A DNA stretch of 64,000 nucleotides, from IMG/VR virus record IMGVR_UViG_3300034375_008609; one strand, 5' to 3'. A program made the position numbers and the translations under genes. The notes beneath the pieces were generated by a model. It was not told the DNA's origin and made no database searches. It was given only the letters and a program-made list of their open reading frames with translations. This DNA comes from an uncultured virus (IMG/VR IMGVR_UViG_3300034375_008609). Lineage: Duplodnaviria; Heunggongvirae; Uroviricota; Caudoviricetes. Shown here piece after piece: positions 1 through 9,125 of the stretch. How positions within the stretch are numbered: the first letter of the stretch is position 1; each line of letters begins with the position of its first letter.

Positions 1-554
1 CCATAGGCTGCCATACCCATGAGAATATATTCGTCTTCCTGTGGCTTTAAGCCAATACGCTGTGTCATAGCACTATACCATAATCCTACACTGTGTGGAT
101 AGGTTTGTGAATATTTCTTTTCTAATGTATCACCCTTGCCATGCCACATAGTAAGAGTGTCAAATTCTCCTATGCTATCAATACAAATAACAGTAGCATC
201 ATTAAAATCGCTAGTATAGTAGCCGGCAGCAGCGTGGCTGAGATGATGATCAATATAAGTAATAGGACAAACAATTCCATAATTTTTCAAATACCTCTTG
301 ATATTGTTTTCACGTAGATTAATTCCTTGCCCTGCTCTAAATTGTCTCCATGTTTTCACCAGTGGACGTTCATACCAATACACACGGTCTGGTTCACCCC
401 AACGTTTAGCATAGTCAATTAATTGACTGTTCAAATGCGCATCATTCTTTACACCACTGAAGCGTTCGCTGTGGCTGGCAAATTCTAATCCGTCTTTTGT
501 AAATACAGCTAAAGCAGCATCATGGCTGTTAGCACTAATACCCCATTCAATCAT
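1..554 (-). CDS. Carbamoyltransferase (NodU/CmcH family), N-terminal part; runs off window start
   Basis: Not in ORF track. Manual translation from ATG at 554: MIEWGISANSHDAALAVF...SERFSGVKND...DHHLSHAAAGYY...IDSIGE, the HD / ER / HHxSHA / DxxGE motifs of the family. ATGA overlap with upstream ORF. Confidence 0.9.
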   Translation of the reverse strand, partial: MIEWGISANSHDAALAVFTKDGLEFASHSERFSGVKNDAHLNSQLIDYAKRWGEPDRVYWYERPLVKTWRQFRAGQGINLRENNIKRYLKNYGIVCPITYIDHHLSHAAAGYYTSDFNDATVICIDSIGEFDTLTMWHGKGDTLEKKYSQTYPHSVGLWYSAMTQRIGLKPQEDEYILMGMAAY

Positions 555-856
555 ACTTCTATATCTATAATTTGTCCTTGGACTTCTAATTCGCTGACTG
601 TGCTTAGATCTCTGTTGTATCTAAGAGCGGCCTGCTGTCTAAGATCAGCAATTTCTTGCATACGATCTTCTATTGCTTTTTGCCAAGCTAGTTTTACTTC
701 TGTCCTGCTTGCTGCTTCAACTACACGTCTACGATCTTTTTCTATAGGAGGTGTAATGTTTTCGCTGTTTGCGTAAACTTGTTGATGTCCGTATAGTTGT
801 GCTTGTATTTGTTGTTGCACATTAAACGGTGCCCCGTTTGTAGGTAGTGCTTTCAT
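551..856 (-). CDS. Hypothetical protein
   Basis: 101-aa ORF with AGGAG upstream, translationally coupled to the carbamoyltransferase. Confidence 0.6.
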   Translation of the reverse strand: MKALPTNGAPFNVQQQIQAQLYGHQQVYANSENITPPIEKDRRRVVEAASRTEVKLAWQKAIEDRMQEIADLRQQAALRYNRDLSTVSELEVQGQIIDIEV

Positions 857-857
857 A

Positions 858-959
858 TCAACTCCTGTCTATTGCCATCTGCATTAATTTTTCTGGTAAA
901 CTACATAACCAAATATATGGCACCCAGAATAGAATGTTATAAATTATTAGTTCTGTCAT
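858..959 (-). CDS. Small hydrophobic hypothetical protein (33 aa)
   Basis: Manual translation MTELIIYNILFWVPYIWLCSLPEKLMQMAIDRS*; GGAG upstream; fills the gap in a tightly packed operon. Confidence 0.45.
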   Translation of the reverse strand: MTELIIYNILFWVPYIWLCSLPEKLMQMAIDRS

Positions 960-1095
960 TGTGAACTTTCTCCCAATACTCGTCATTTGTCATCAGTGGA
1001 CGTTTTGCTATTTCAGCTTCATGTGCTATTCTACGTTTACGTGCTTGACGTATACCCCACCAGAAATATAATCGCCAAAATAACTTTGTATCCAT
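937..1095 (-). CDS. Small hypothetical protein (52 aa)
   Basis: Manual translation MDTKLFWRLYFWWGIRQARKRRIAHEAEIAKRPLMTNDEYWEKVHNDRTNNL*; start overlaps the upstream stop (TAATG). Confidence 0.5.
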   Translation of the reverse strand: MDTKLFWRLYFWWGIRQARKRRIAHEAEIAKRPLMTNDEYWEKVHNDRTNNL

Positions 1096-1310
1096 TATGC
1101 GTTTTTTGATATCCATAACCTATCCAATACAAAAAACCATACAGCATTTAACAAAGGTTCTACTACTGCATCTGTTAATGCAATATAAAAAGGTGCACCT
1201 GTAAAATACATAACACATCCAGCAGCAATAAGAAAGTGTCCTATTGTGTATACTATAGTGCGTAACAGTGTGCCTTTTAGTGCTTGATATGACCTTGTAA
1301 ATTCACTCAT
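1095..1310 (-). CDS. Small membrane protein, DUF2061-like
   Basis: 71 aa, two hydrophobic segments, RTIVYTIGH...EP...WFFVLDRLW pattern. Confidence 0.6.
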   Translation of the reverse strand: MSEFTRSYQALKGTLLRTIVYTIGHFLIAAGCVMYFTGAPFYIALTDAVVEPLLNAVWFFVLDRLWISKNA

Positions 1311-1429
1311 TTGTAAATAAACGGATCTCTTTTTCTTAATTCTTTTAGACGTTTTCTATATCTACGTTCTTCTTGTATTTTTGTATAAGGCCAAATAAGT
1401 ATTTGCCAAATTTTCTTTAAGTAAACCAT
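1307..1429 (-). CDS. Small basic protein ending ...ELRKRDPFIYK (40 aa)
   Basis: Manual translation MVYLKKIWQILIWPYTKIQEERRYRKRLKELRKRDPFIYK*; ATGA coupling to the next gene. I recall this C-terminus from small ORFs near phage carbamoyltransferases. Confidence 0.6.
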   Translation of the reverse strand: MVYLKKIWQILIWPYTKIQEERRYRKRLKELRKRDPFIYK

Positions 1430-2409
1430 TTTTTAGCTCTCAATCTAATTTTAAGTGGCGAACTCTCTGCTGAATTCGCAATACTGTATAATGTATATAG
1501 CCTTCCATATTTTGCTACTGCATCACCTATGTCATTTATTCCTATATCCCAATCTGGCATACTAACATGCCAACCTCGATCAATAGCTTGTTCAACTAGT
1601 TTAGCACCGGCACGATCTCTGTCGGGCACAACATATATATCCTTGCCCAGTCTGTTGAGTAGCAGTGCTTGAGCATCATTTATATCACTGCCTGTAAGTG
1701 CGCAACCGTCAACATGTAGCGCATCAATAGGACCTTCGCATAGTATAGTAAACACCTTGTTGTGCCCTTGTTCGTCTAAATTAAACACAAAACCTGGCTG
1801 TGAGTCAGTAAGATACTTTACTCTATTATCCCCTACTGTGCGGGCTGTATAACCCACTACACGCCCCTCGTAGTAGAAGGGTATAATAAGTCTATCTCTA
1901 TAAGCAAGTGTTGGCGACCAGTGATAATCTATGTCCTCAATATTTAAATCACGTTCTAACATATACTGAAAGCAACGTGCGATTCTTTCATCTAAATGAC
2001 CAGCCTCTGCCCACATGTGTTTGGACAATGGCTCTGCACCTTCTGGTAGTTGTGTTGTAGCAAATTCAGGTAGTTCAACTCTGTGCTGCTGGACTTCTAC
2101 ACCTTCGTTTTCACGCATAACATCTAGTGCTAGTTTTGTAATATCAGCATCAGGTGCGTTTAACCATTCTAACAGTTTCTTAAACTTGTAACTTAGATTA
2201 CGTCCTGGTTGCCAACTTGCTTTGAAGCCACAGTTGAAGCAATGATAACTTACCAAGTCACCTTCATATATTACACCGCCACGTCCTCTTGTGTCTGCAT
2301 TTTCATTGTTATGCACACAACAAGGCGCATTAAAACTAGTCCACCCACTGGGTGTTGTTTTGCGCTTTGCAGGCAGATATAAAGTCAAGGTGTCAGATAC
2401 GATGCTCAT
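1417..2409 (-). CDS. DNA primase (T4 gp61-like)
   Basis: N-terminal Zn finger (CC...HCFNC), TOPRIM motifs CEGPIDA and PDRDRAG. Confidence 0.9.
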   Translation of the reverse strand: MSIVSDTLTLYLPAKRKTTPSGWTSFNAPCCVHNNENADTRGRGGVIYEGDLVSYHCFNCGFKASWQPGRNLSYKFKKLLEWLNAPDADITKLALDVMRENEGVEVQQHRVELPEFATTQLPEGAEPLSKHMWAEAGHLDERIARCFQYMLERDLNIEDIDYHWSPTLAYRDRLIIPFYYEGRVVGYTARTVGDNRVKYLTDSQPGFVFNLDEQGHNKVFTILCEGPIDALHVDGCALTGSDINDAQALLLNRLGKDIYVVPDRDRAGAKLVEQAIDRGWHVSMPDWDIGINDIGDAVAKYGRLYTLYSIANSAESSPLKIRLRAKKWFT

Positions 2410-2415
2410 AATATA

Positions 2416-2444
2416 ATTATAGCATCATGTAATTACAATGTCAA
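2416..2444 (-). promoter_or_regulatory. Consensus sigma70 promoter of primase (likely leaderless transcript)
   Basis: TTGACA-17 nt-TATAAT, then 6 nt to the ATG; no SD. Confidence 0.85.
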
Positions 2445-2809
2445 TGATTAAGTTTTATACTTGCGATATTGCCGTCAGTCCAATTTTCTACATAAGCTCT
2501 TACCCAAACGTAATTACCTGTAAAGTTATAGATAAAACTGCCACTGCTACCGGTATATGTTTGGTCCGTGGCACTTACATCAAACCAGTCACCTGTATCT
2601 GGAGTGGTTGCCAAACTTGCTTGAATTACAATACGGCCTCTAAAAGTATTGCTCTTACCGTCGCCACTTAGATTGTATTGTATTGTGTGCAACCCATCTG
2701 CTCTACTGTAATATCCATCGCCTTTGTATTTGTCACCGGTCACTGTTTGCGCACTGCTGTCGCCTGGATGAGATTGTAAAGATAATATTGTTTCACTATT
2801 TGCGGCCAT
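2441..2809 (-). CDS. Hypothetical protein (beta-rich, possibly virion-associated)
   Basis: 122-aa ORF preceded by TAAATA late-type motif; its C-terminal half resembles that of the neighbouring ORF. Confidence 0.6.
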   Translation of the reverse strand: MAANSETILSLQSHPGDSSAQTVTGDKYKGDGYYSRADGLHTIQYNLSGDGKSNTFRGRIVIQASLATTPDTGDWFDVSATDQTYTGSSGSFIYNFTGNYVWVRAYVENWTDGNIASIKLNH

Positions 2810-2821
2810 ACTGTATTTACC

Positions 2822-3610
2822 TTAATTTCTAATTAGCACCTTAGTGACTTTGTTTGTAGGATCTGCTGTTGCTTTTAGACGTAGGTAACTGAACACACCG
2901 TTTAGATTAGCAGGAACAGGTTGAGTTTCAGTGCCTGTAAATGTTAATGTATTCAATGTTGTCCAATTATTATTACCTGTGATTTGGTTATCTAACGTGC
3001 CTTGTATTTCAATATCGCCTATATATGCATTAGTGTATACAGCAATTGTATGTAAAGCATCATTTCCGTTTAATCCTGGTTGTGCATCAATTTTGTTAAC
3101 ATCATCGCTGCCCGCATACCAAGCACTATTTTCTTCGTAGAAATTAGTAATTTCAATACTACTCTTAGGGCCAGGATATGCAGCACCGTCAAGATAAATT
3201 ATTCCAGCACTTTCAAAATTTCTATCAGCGTATGTAACTGTGTTTGTTGTTCCGTCTGACATATAGATGTTGTAATGTAGATATTGTTGATTCAAATTTA
3301 ATAAATCATTTTCAGTAATAGTTATAGCAAACATTCCTTTTAAACTGGCAGAGCTTCCATCGTCTTGAATTGTGCAAGCACGTTCTAATATTTTGCTATT
3401 GTTTTCATCAAACACTACAATATATGGTGTGTTGGTTACTCTTACTGGTTTTTGGTCTGCGTTTAAATATCTAAACTGAATTGTATTATCTATACCTCTA
3501 TAAATTTTTAATTGTCTACTATACACTGGTCTATACTCCACGGTGAACCCAGAATCGTTAGCGATTACATCTACTTTGTTTTCGACTAAATATCTAGGAA
3601 TAAGTTGCAT
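2822..3610 (-). CDS. Hypothetical protein (possibly virion structural)
   Basis: 262-aa ORF with SD AAGGA and TAAATA motif at 3633-3638. Confidence 0.65.
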   Translation of the reverse strand: MQLIPRYLVENKVDVIANDSGFTVEYRPVYSRQLKIYRGIDNTIQFRYLNADQKPVRVTNTPYIVVFDENNSKILERACTIQDDGSSASLKGMFAITITENDLLNLNQQYLHYNIYMSDGTTNTVTYADRNFESAGIIYLDGAAYPGPKSSIEITNFYEENSAWYAGSDDVNKIDAQPGLNGNDALHTIAVYTNAYIGDIEIQGTLDNQITGNNNWTTLNTLTFTGTETQPVPANLNGVFSYLRLKATADPTNKVTKVLIRN

Positions 3611-3643
3611 TGGGGATCCTTTTTTGTATAAGTATTTATCGGC

Positions 3644-4018
3644 ATGTTATTAAAAGAAATAGAAGATCAGTATCCGTATATTAGTGTAGTCGCATATGGC
3701 GGACAAGAATACGTGGGCATAATTTCAAATCAAGATCAATTTGTTACAAGTATGTTTGTATATACAGTTTTAAAAACTGAGTATGATAAAAAATTACTTT
3801 TAGATTTAGGTGATGTCTGGTGGTGGGAATCCAACAGAATGATTCCAATTAATATATTTTTGAAAAAAGAAATTGAAAACTTAAATTATTCTTTATTAAC
3901 TATGAACAGTAAAAATGTTAAAATTGTTATTGGACCATGTGTAAATGTAAACAATTTAGCAATAAAAAGAATAAAACGCAAAAGTGTGCAACTAATTAAA
4001 AAAACTGTTAAGCAGTAA
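3644..4018 (+). CDS. Hypothetical phage protein
   Basis: 124-aa ORF containing WWWESNRMIPINIFL; divergent from the 3610 gene, convergent overlap with the mini-DnaE. Confidence 0.65.
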   Translation: MLLKEIEDQYPYISVVAYGGQEYVGIISNQDQFVTSMFVYTVLKTEYDKKLLLDLGDVWWWESNRMIPINIFLKKEIENLNYSLLTMNSKNVKIVIGPCVNVNNLAIKRIKRKSVQLIKKTVKQ

Positions 4019-4568
4019 ATTGTTCACAAATTAAATTCATATGAACTACAACACTTACAGCATATGCAACTGCATGTGCTTTTTTAAAGTAGTAACTATT
4101 ATCCTCTGGCTTTTTCCATACTTCTGTTTCGATCGTTTGCCATGTTTCGTTGACAAGATGCCTCTTCGCAGGCCGTATTATCGCTAACACTGCTGCTAGT
4201 TGTTCCACCGATATCGGCTTGAGCTTTCTTAGTATCTCCCCATGTCCGCTGACGTGAAACAGCAAGTTGGTAAAATCGTCGTGCTCCAGTAAGTCCCATT
4301 GTGGTTCCTTTTCCATTAGTTTGGTTAGGTGTTGTTCATCTTTAACATCATTGTAGATACTTACATTCAAAAAGTCAAGTTTGAAATAGCCTCTGTCTTC
4401 TGCTGTTTTGTAATCAATAGTAGCTAAATTGTCCACAGGATTATGAGGACACTCTGTGACATATACACCAGTGTTGTGTTTTTTACCTGTATCTAGTTTT
4501 GCTACACGATGAGGTATTTTTTCTAATATAACACTGCGATCAGCAAAGTCTATATCAATATCTGGCAT
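4008..4568 (-). CDS. Miniature family-C DNA polymerase (DnaE/PolIII-alpha catalytic core-like)
   Basis: Motifs PDIDIDF, HNTGVY, FKLDFL, LAIIRP and YFKKAHAVAYA occur in DnaE order; own SD (AGGA). Confidence 0.85.
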   Translation of the reverse strand: MPDIDIDFADRSVILEKIPHRVAKLDTGKKHNTGVYVTECPHNPVDNLATIDYKTAEDRGYFKLDFLNVSIYNDVKDEQHLTKLMEKEPQWDLLEHDDFTNLLFHVSGHGEILRKLKPISVEQLAAVLAIIRPAKRHLVNETWQTIETEVWKKPEDNSYYFKKAHAVAYAVSVVVHMNLICEQFTA

Positions 4569-4575
4569 ATCATTC

Positions 4576-4866
4576 CTAAATTAAAAATAACTGTATCATT
4601 GCAATACTGTTCATAACAACAAACCAAGCACACAATACTATTGCAAATGCTGCTTTACGAATCACAGTGCTAATAACTCCAAGTATACTTCCTAACAAAT
4701 ACATTGGAATAAAAATCTCAGTAGCAGGATCTAAAACTGTAAATGTTAAAACAGCACTTGCTGCAATTAATATTGTTGTTTCTGCCATTTCACAATAAAA
4801 TGCAACAGGTGATAGTCTATAACTTTCTTTACAAAAGTTTACAATATATTTAATCCAATTCTCCAT
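4576..4866 (-). CDS. Small membrane protein
   Basis: 96 aa with about three hydrophobic segments. Confidence 0.6.
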   Translation of the reverse strand: MENWIKYIVNFCKESYRLSPVAFYCEMAETTILIAASAVLTFTVLDPATEIFIPMYLLGSILGVISTVIRKAAFAIVLCAWFVVMNSIAMIQLFLI

Positions 4867-5257
4867 TGCGCCTCATTTCTGCACGGATTTTTGTTGCACT
4901 TATGTTGTGTATTTCTTGGCCTAAGTTATGTTCGGTAAAAGTATAACCAACACCTCTACCATAACTGATATCAACAATATTGGGCACTATCATAATAACA
5001 TATTCTTTGCCGTATGTAAAGCCCTCTTTTTGTAATTCTTTTTTGATATTTTCTTCGACATCTGTAACAATAAATGGGTTATCGTCTTGTATCATAGTTC
5101 GTCCACCTGAGGCATCTTGATCTTGTGGAACAGTTCTAATCATAATACAAACTTGTCCTGTTTCTGCTAGAGCACGTTTGAATAGTTCTGTATGACCTGG
5201 ATGCCAAGGTTGCCAACGTCCAAGCATTTGTGTAGTAGGTTTAAATCTATCAAACAT
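4850..5257 (-). CDS. HxGH-type nucleotidyltransferase (cytidylyltransferase-like)
   Basis: GRWQPWHPGH and C-terminal ISATKIR motifs. Confidence 0.8.
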   Translation of the reverse strand: MFDRFKPTTQMLGRWQPWHPGHTELFKRALAETGQVCIMIRTVPQDQDASGGRTMIQDDNPFIVTDVEENIKKELQKEGFTYGKEYVIMIVPNIVDISYGRGVGYTFTEHNLGQEIHNISATKIRAEMRRNGELD

Positions 5258-5675
5258 TATTTCTTTCCATCCATCTTTTCACAACAGGCAAAAGTTGTTC
5301 GTGTGTATCGTTAAACCAATCTTCTACGTGATAATCACAATGAGCAGGTGCTACAAACATTTTGTTTGTATCTTCAAATCTACCTTCTTTGATTGTGTCC
5401 ATCCATACAGTAAAGTCAGCATTGAATTCCATACGTGCTTGATCTGTGGGCGCAACAAAATCAGCAACAGCAATCTTTCCTGCCCGCACAACACCGTCTG
5501 CTAGGTAACGCATACGCCACGCTTGGCGCATCCGTCCTTCTGGTGTAAAATCCCAGTCTGCATAATGACTGCGTATTTCATCGGCATTGATATGCACACC
5601 GCCTATAAGTTCTGCAAACGGTTTAGCAAGGGTAGTTTTACCACTCCCTGGTAAACCAAAAACTAATATTTTCAT
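5250..5675 (-). CDS. Adenylyl-sulfate (APS) kinase-like P-loop kinase
   Basis: GLPGSGKT Walker A, NADEIR, DFTPEGR.RQ, DFVAP. Confidence 0.75.
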   Translation of the reverse strand: MKILVFGLPGSGKTTLAKPFAELIGGVHINADEIRSHYADWDFTPEGRMRQAWRMRYLADGVVRAGKIAVADFVAPTDQARMEFNADFTVWMDTIKEGRFEDTNKMFVAPAHCDYHVEDWFNDTHEQLLPVVKRWMERNNV

Positions 5676-6274
5676 TTTTCCTCCATCAAGTTAGGCAAAC
5701 ATATTTTCCATTGATCTTGTATTAAAGCAAAAGTTTTTTGACCATTTATATATACACCGTCTTTTATTTTTTCAACACGAACACTTTTATTTTCATACAA
5801 ACTTTGACAACGAGATGCATAGTATTTGTTTTTAAAATGCGCTGGTATATTTTCATTTACTAATATTTGCAATTCCACATCATAGCTTAACCATAACAGT
5901 TGATTTTCTACTCTGTTGTCTTTAAAAATAACGTAATTAAGTTTTTGTTCTGGCATATAAGGAATACATAATAGTCTTTTTATTCCAGGTTCCAGTTGCA
6001 TATAATTTTCTTTTCTAAACAAACATATAGGATCCTCTATTTTTTTATCTACGTAAAGCATCAAAAATAAATCAACCCAAGACTTGTGATGGGTATCTAC
6101 AATAATTGCATCTGTGTTATTAAAGGTTTTTTCGATCAGATTGTTCCATCTATTTTGAACTACTAAATGATGAAACTTTTTATAAAAATTGTATGAGCTT
6201 ATTCTGTAAAAATTAAACCAAATTTGTTTTTTAGCTTCTAATATTTCTTGACGAGTTGTGATAGGTAAATTCAT
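5672..6274 (-). CDS. Hypothetical protein
   Basis: 200-aa AT-rich ORF, ATGA-coupled on both sides. Confidence 0.6.
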   Translation of the reverse strand: MNLPITTRQEILEAKKQIWFNFYRISSYNFYKKFHHLVVQNRWNNLIEKTFNNTDAIIVDTHHKSWVDLFLMLYVDKKIEDPICLFRKENYMQLEPGIKRLLCIPYMPEQKLNYVIFKDNRVENQLLWLSYDVELQILVNENIPAHFKNKYYASRCQSLYENKSVRVEKIKDGVYINGQKTFALIQDQWKICLPNLMEEK

Positions 6275-6966
6275 AGCTGTGCCTTCGCAGCTATTGTTTT
6301 TACAAGTTCTACATCTTTAGATTGTCTTTTAAAACGCATAGCCCAATGACTTGGATCTAACACACTTCCAAGCATGGTTAATTGTTCTTCATTTAAATTA
6401 GAAAGTGCTTGTTTTCCGCTTTTACAATTTAAAACAAGCCACGGTGATATTTTTCCATCTTTAATATCCCATGTTAATCTATTACTACTTACATATGAAA
6501 AATAATGATTGTATACACTTGACTTTTCTTTAGCCCAAGATTCCATTGTGCTAATACTACGTTCTAGTGCTGTTTCAACTCCTTCTTTGCGTATTAAATT
6601 TATTGCATAAGATTCATACAACTCGTTTCGACACCAGTGATCGAGTTTAACATTACTTGTAACTACGTAATCAATATACTTGTCAGGATACAGAGGACGC
6701 ACATTATTAACAAAACTACCAAACTTAACAAAGGCATTGTAGAAGGATGATTTAACAAAGTCTTCATATGTTTTTTCATTTTTGTGTCCTGCACTTAATT
6801 TATAAAATCTTTGGAATGCATAAAAACCTACCTGTGTTGGTTTTTCATCTTTTTGCAGCCAACGTCTCTTAGGCTCACATACGTGAGCTAACAGTGTGCT
6901 TTCTTTTACATAACTTTTTCCACAGTATTCGCATGTGTGTTTAGATGTCGACTTTGTCAAATCCAT
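6271..6966 (-). CDS. Hypothetical protein with N-terminal C2H-C zinc finger
   Basis: CEYCGKSY...LLAHVC; start moved to the internal ATG at 6966 (uncertain). Confidence 0.65.
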   Translation of the reverse strand: MDLTKSTSKHTCEYCGKSYVKESTLLAHVCEPKRRWLQKDEKPTQVGFYAFQRFYKLSAGHKNEKTYEDFVKSSFYNAFVKFGSFVNNVRPLYPDKYIDYVVTSNVKLDHWCRNELYESYAINLIRKEGVETALERSISTMESWAKEKSSVYNHYFSYVSSNRLTWDIKDGKISPWLVLNCKSGKQALSNLNEEQLTMLGSVLDPSHWAMRFKRQSKDVELVKTIAAKAQL

Positions 6967-7411
6967 GTTGCTCAGCAAGCTCTTTGATTTCTTTTTTTGT
7001 AGATATTCTAGCAAGTGTTTCTACCTCATCCATTTTCATTTCTGGATATATTTGTGCCAACAGTTTTACGGCTTTACTGCTGTCGTCTTTCTTTTTCTTC
7101 AACCCTATCCAAGGATGGAATTGTTTCTTTCCTGTTTTGCCAGCAACACATAATAGTTGCCATTGCAGTTTAACATGATTGGTGCCGCCTAGCACATTCC
7201 AATTTTTATTGTAGTATTCATTAATCTTAAACACTGCAAGTGCAGTTTTTTCATAGTTGCCTTTAACACTGCTGATATAACGATTGAGATTCCACAAATC
7301 GCCTTTGATATCTTTCTTGCCATCTTCGCCGGCAGCATCATACAGTTCTTTGAAGCCCATGTCAATGCTTGGGATAAGTTCTTTGAATAAGTCTAATTCT
7401 TTGTTAGGCAT
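6941..7411 (-). CDS. Clamp-loader small subunit-like protein (T4 gp62-like)
   Basis: LNRYIS...NEYYN...LQWQLL...KQFHPWI pattern and size resemble gp62. Confidence 0.5.
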   Translation of the reverse strand: MPNKELDLFKELIPSIDMGFKELYDAAGEDGKKDIKGDLWNLNRYISSVKGNYEKTALAVFKINEYYNKNWNVLGGTNHVKLQWQLLCVAGKTGKKQFHPWIGLKKKKDDSSKAVKLLAQIYPEMKMDEVETLARISTKKEIKELAEQHGFDKVDI

Positions 7412-8072
7412 TTTGTTTGTGCCACTTCACTACATCTTCTGGAGAGTTGATTTCGATGCCATCAAACTCTACTTCTACTACACCAATTTTTTGTCCGTTT
7501 TGTATCCAACGCAATTGTTCTAGTTTTTCAATATCTTCTTCTGGAAACTTTGTGCTTGTTGTATAAACAATCTTTGACTCTCTGTTATATCCGTATACAC
7601 CCAAATGATGATCTCCATATTCTAAACTAGCACGTAAGAACCAATGCGCTCTACCTCTGCTGTGTATCATTTTAACACTGTTTGGATCATTTCGCAAGTT
7701 AAAATCCATTGGTGTATAAGCAGTTGCTACATCGCTGTGCTGTAATGCGCCTTCTACAGCACGGATAATTTCAGGTGTAATGTCAGGCATATCGCCTTGC
7801 ACATTTATATATCTATCATATTGTAAAACTTCATCAATAACACTCATACACCTGTCGGTGCCATTTGCCAGTCTGTAGTCTGTCATTATAGCACGATCAC
7901 CAAACAATGCCATTACTTCTTCGCTGTCAGCCAATACATATGTATCCAATCCAGTCTCAACACATCTGTCATACACCCGTTGAATCAATGGCACACCGTT
8001 GAGTGGGCAAAGCATTTTACGTGGTAATCTTGTGGCATTAAGTCTAGCGGGTATTAGTATTGCTGTGGTCAC
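7404..8072 (-). CDS. kdsB: CMP-Kdo synthetase (3-deoxy-manno-octulosonate cytidylyltransferase)
   Basis: IPARLNATRLPRKML, NGTDRC, INVQGD.P, HLGVYGY, EKLEQLRW. Confidence 0.92.
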   Translation of the reverse strand: MTTAILIPARLNATRLPRKMLCPLNGVPLIQRVYDRCVETGLDTYVLADSEEVMALFGDRAIMTDYRLANGTDRCMSVIDEVLQYDRYINVQGDMPDITPEIIRAVEGALQHSDVATAYTPMDFNLRNDPNSVKMIHSRGRAHWFLRASLEYGDHHLGVYGYNRESKIVYTTSTKFPEEDIEKLEQLRWIQNGQKIGVVEVEFDGIEINSPEDVVKWHKQNA

Positions 8073-8839
8073 CGAAAACTCCTTACAGTTAGATTTATTT
8101 GATATAGTTGACGAACTGTTTCGGCAAAGTCTTCTAGTCGTAGCATGTTAGGTCCATCACTAGGTGCGTTATCTGGATCAGGATGAACTTCTAAGAAAAA
8201 GTTATCAACGCCCATGCCAGCAGCAGCACGAGCAAGAGCTGGAACATAATCCCTATTCCCACCACTACTGTCACCTTGGCCTCCTGGCTTCTGGACTGAG
8301 TGTGTGACGTCAAATACCACAGGAACAGGAAAATTGTCACGCATATACTGGATGCCAGTAAAATCAGTGACCAAAGTATTATATCCAAAACTAGTTCCTC
8401 TCTCTGTGATCCAAACTTCTCGAGCGCCTTCAGTTTTACTTAGTATGCCTTTGACATCCCAAGGTGCTAGGAATTGTCCTTTTTTAATGTTGACAATACA
8501 ATTGGACTTACATGCTTCTACAATTAAATCAGTTTGTCTACACAAGAAAGCAGGTATCTGTAATACATCTACTACGCCTTTACATCTACTTATTTGTCCT
8601 ACAGTGTGAACATCGGTTAATATTTTAAAACCAGCGTCTCTAATCTTTTGAAAGTCAGGCAGTGTGTCATCAATACCTACACCACGCTTACCAGACATAC
8701 TGGTGCGATTTGCTTTGTCATAACTTGCTTTGAAATAATATTCAATATCAAACAAATCACATACACGTTTACACTCTGTGGCAATTTCTAAACTTTGTTC
8801 TAGTGACTCGTGTTGACACGGTCCAGCAATAATTCTCAT
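8069..8839 (-). CDS. kdsA: Kdo-8-phosphate synthase
   Basis: IAGPC, KASYDKANRTS, QIPAFLCRQTDL, KKGQF, ERGTSFGY, DVTHSVQ, SDGPN; start at ATG 8839 after GGAG. Confidence 0.95.
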   Translation of the reverse strand: MRIIAGPCQHESLEQSLEIATECKRVCDLFDIEYYFKASYDKANRTSMSGKRGVGIDDTLPDFQKIRDAGFKILTDVHTVGQISRCKGVVDVLQIPAFLCRQTDLIVEACKSNCIVNIKKGQFLAPWDVKGILSKTEGAREVWITERGTSFGYNTLVTDFTGIQYMRDNFPVPVVFDVTHSVQKPGGQGDSSGGNRDYVPALARAAAGMGVDNFFLEVHPDPDNAPSDGPNMLRLEDFAETVRQLYQINLTVRSFR

Positions 8840-8840
8840 G

Positions 8841-9125
8841 TTAGTCTCCATCCTTTATAATATAATAGAGATTTAATGTTTTGTCAAGTTGTTTTCTTAG
8901 TGTAGGATATTCATCTGCTAAAGCAAATAAATGTTTCCATTGATCATAACTTACTATGCCTAGAGCCTCGTTTACTGCTTCTGGATCTCCGCCTATTACC
9001 CAACGCCCGTTGTATGTGGTCTTTTTGGGCTCGTCTCTAAATCTAGCATATACAACACCATTGGCACGTTCGTATATTAAACTTTCGTGTGCTAGATCTT
9101 GTTTGGGCGGACATTCTATTATCAT
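8841..9125 (-). CDS. Hypothetical protein
   Basis: 94-aa ORF coupled to its neighbours. Confidence 0.6.
   Translation of the reverse strand: MIIECPPKQDLAHESLIYERANGVVYARFRDEPKKTTYNGRWVIGGDPEAVNEALGIVSYDQWKHLFALADEYPTLRKQLDKTLNLYYIIKDGD

Noticed and set aside
4008..4568. DnaE pseudogene or intron/intein-split fragment
   Set aside because: Motifs from distant parts of DnaE are joined in one clean frame with SD and stop, and the flanks are unrelated intact genes.
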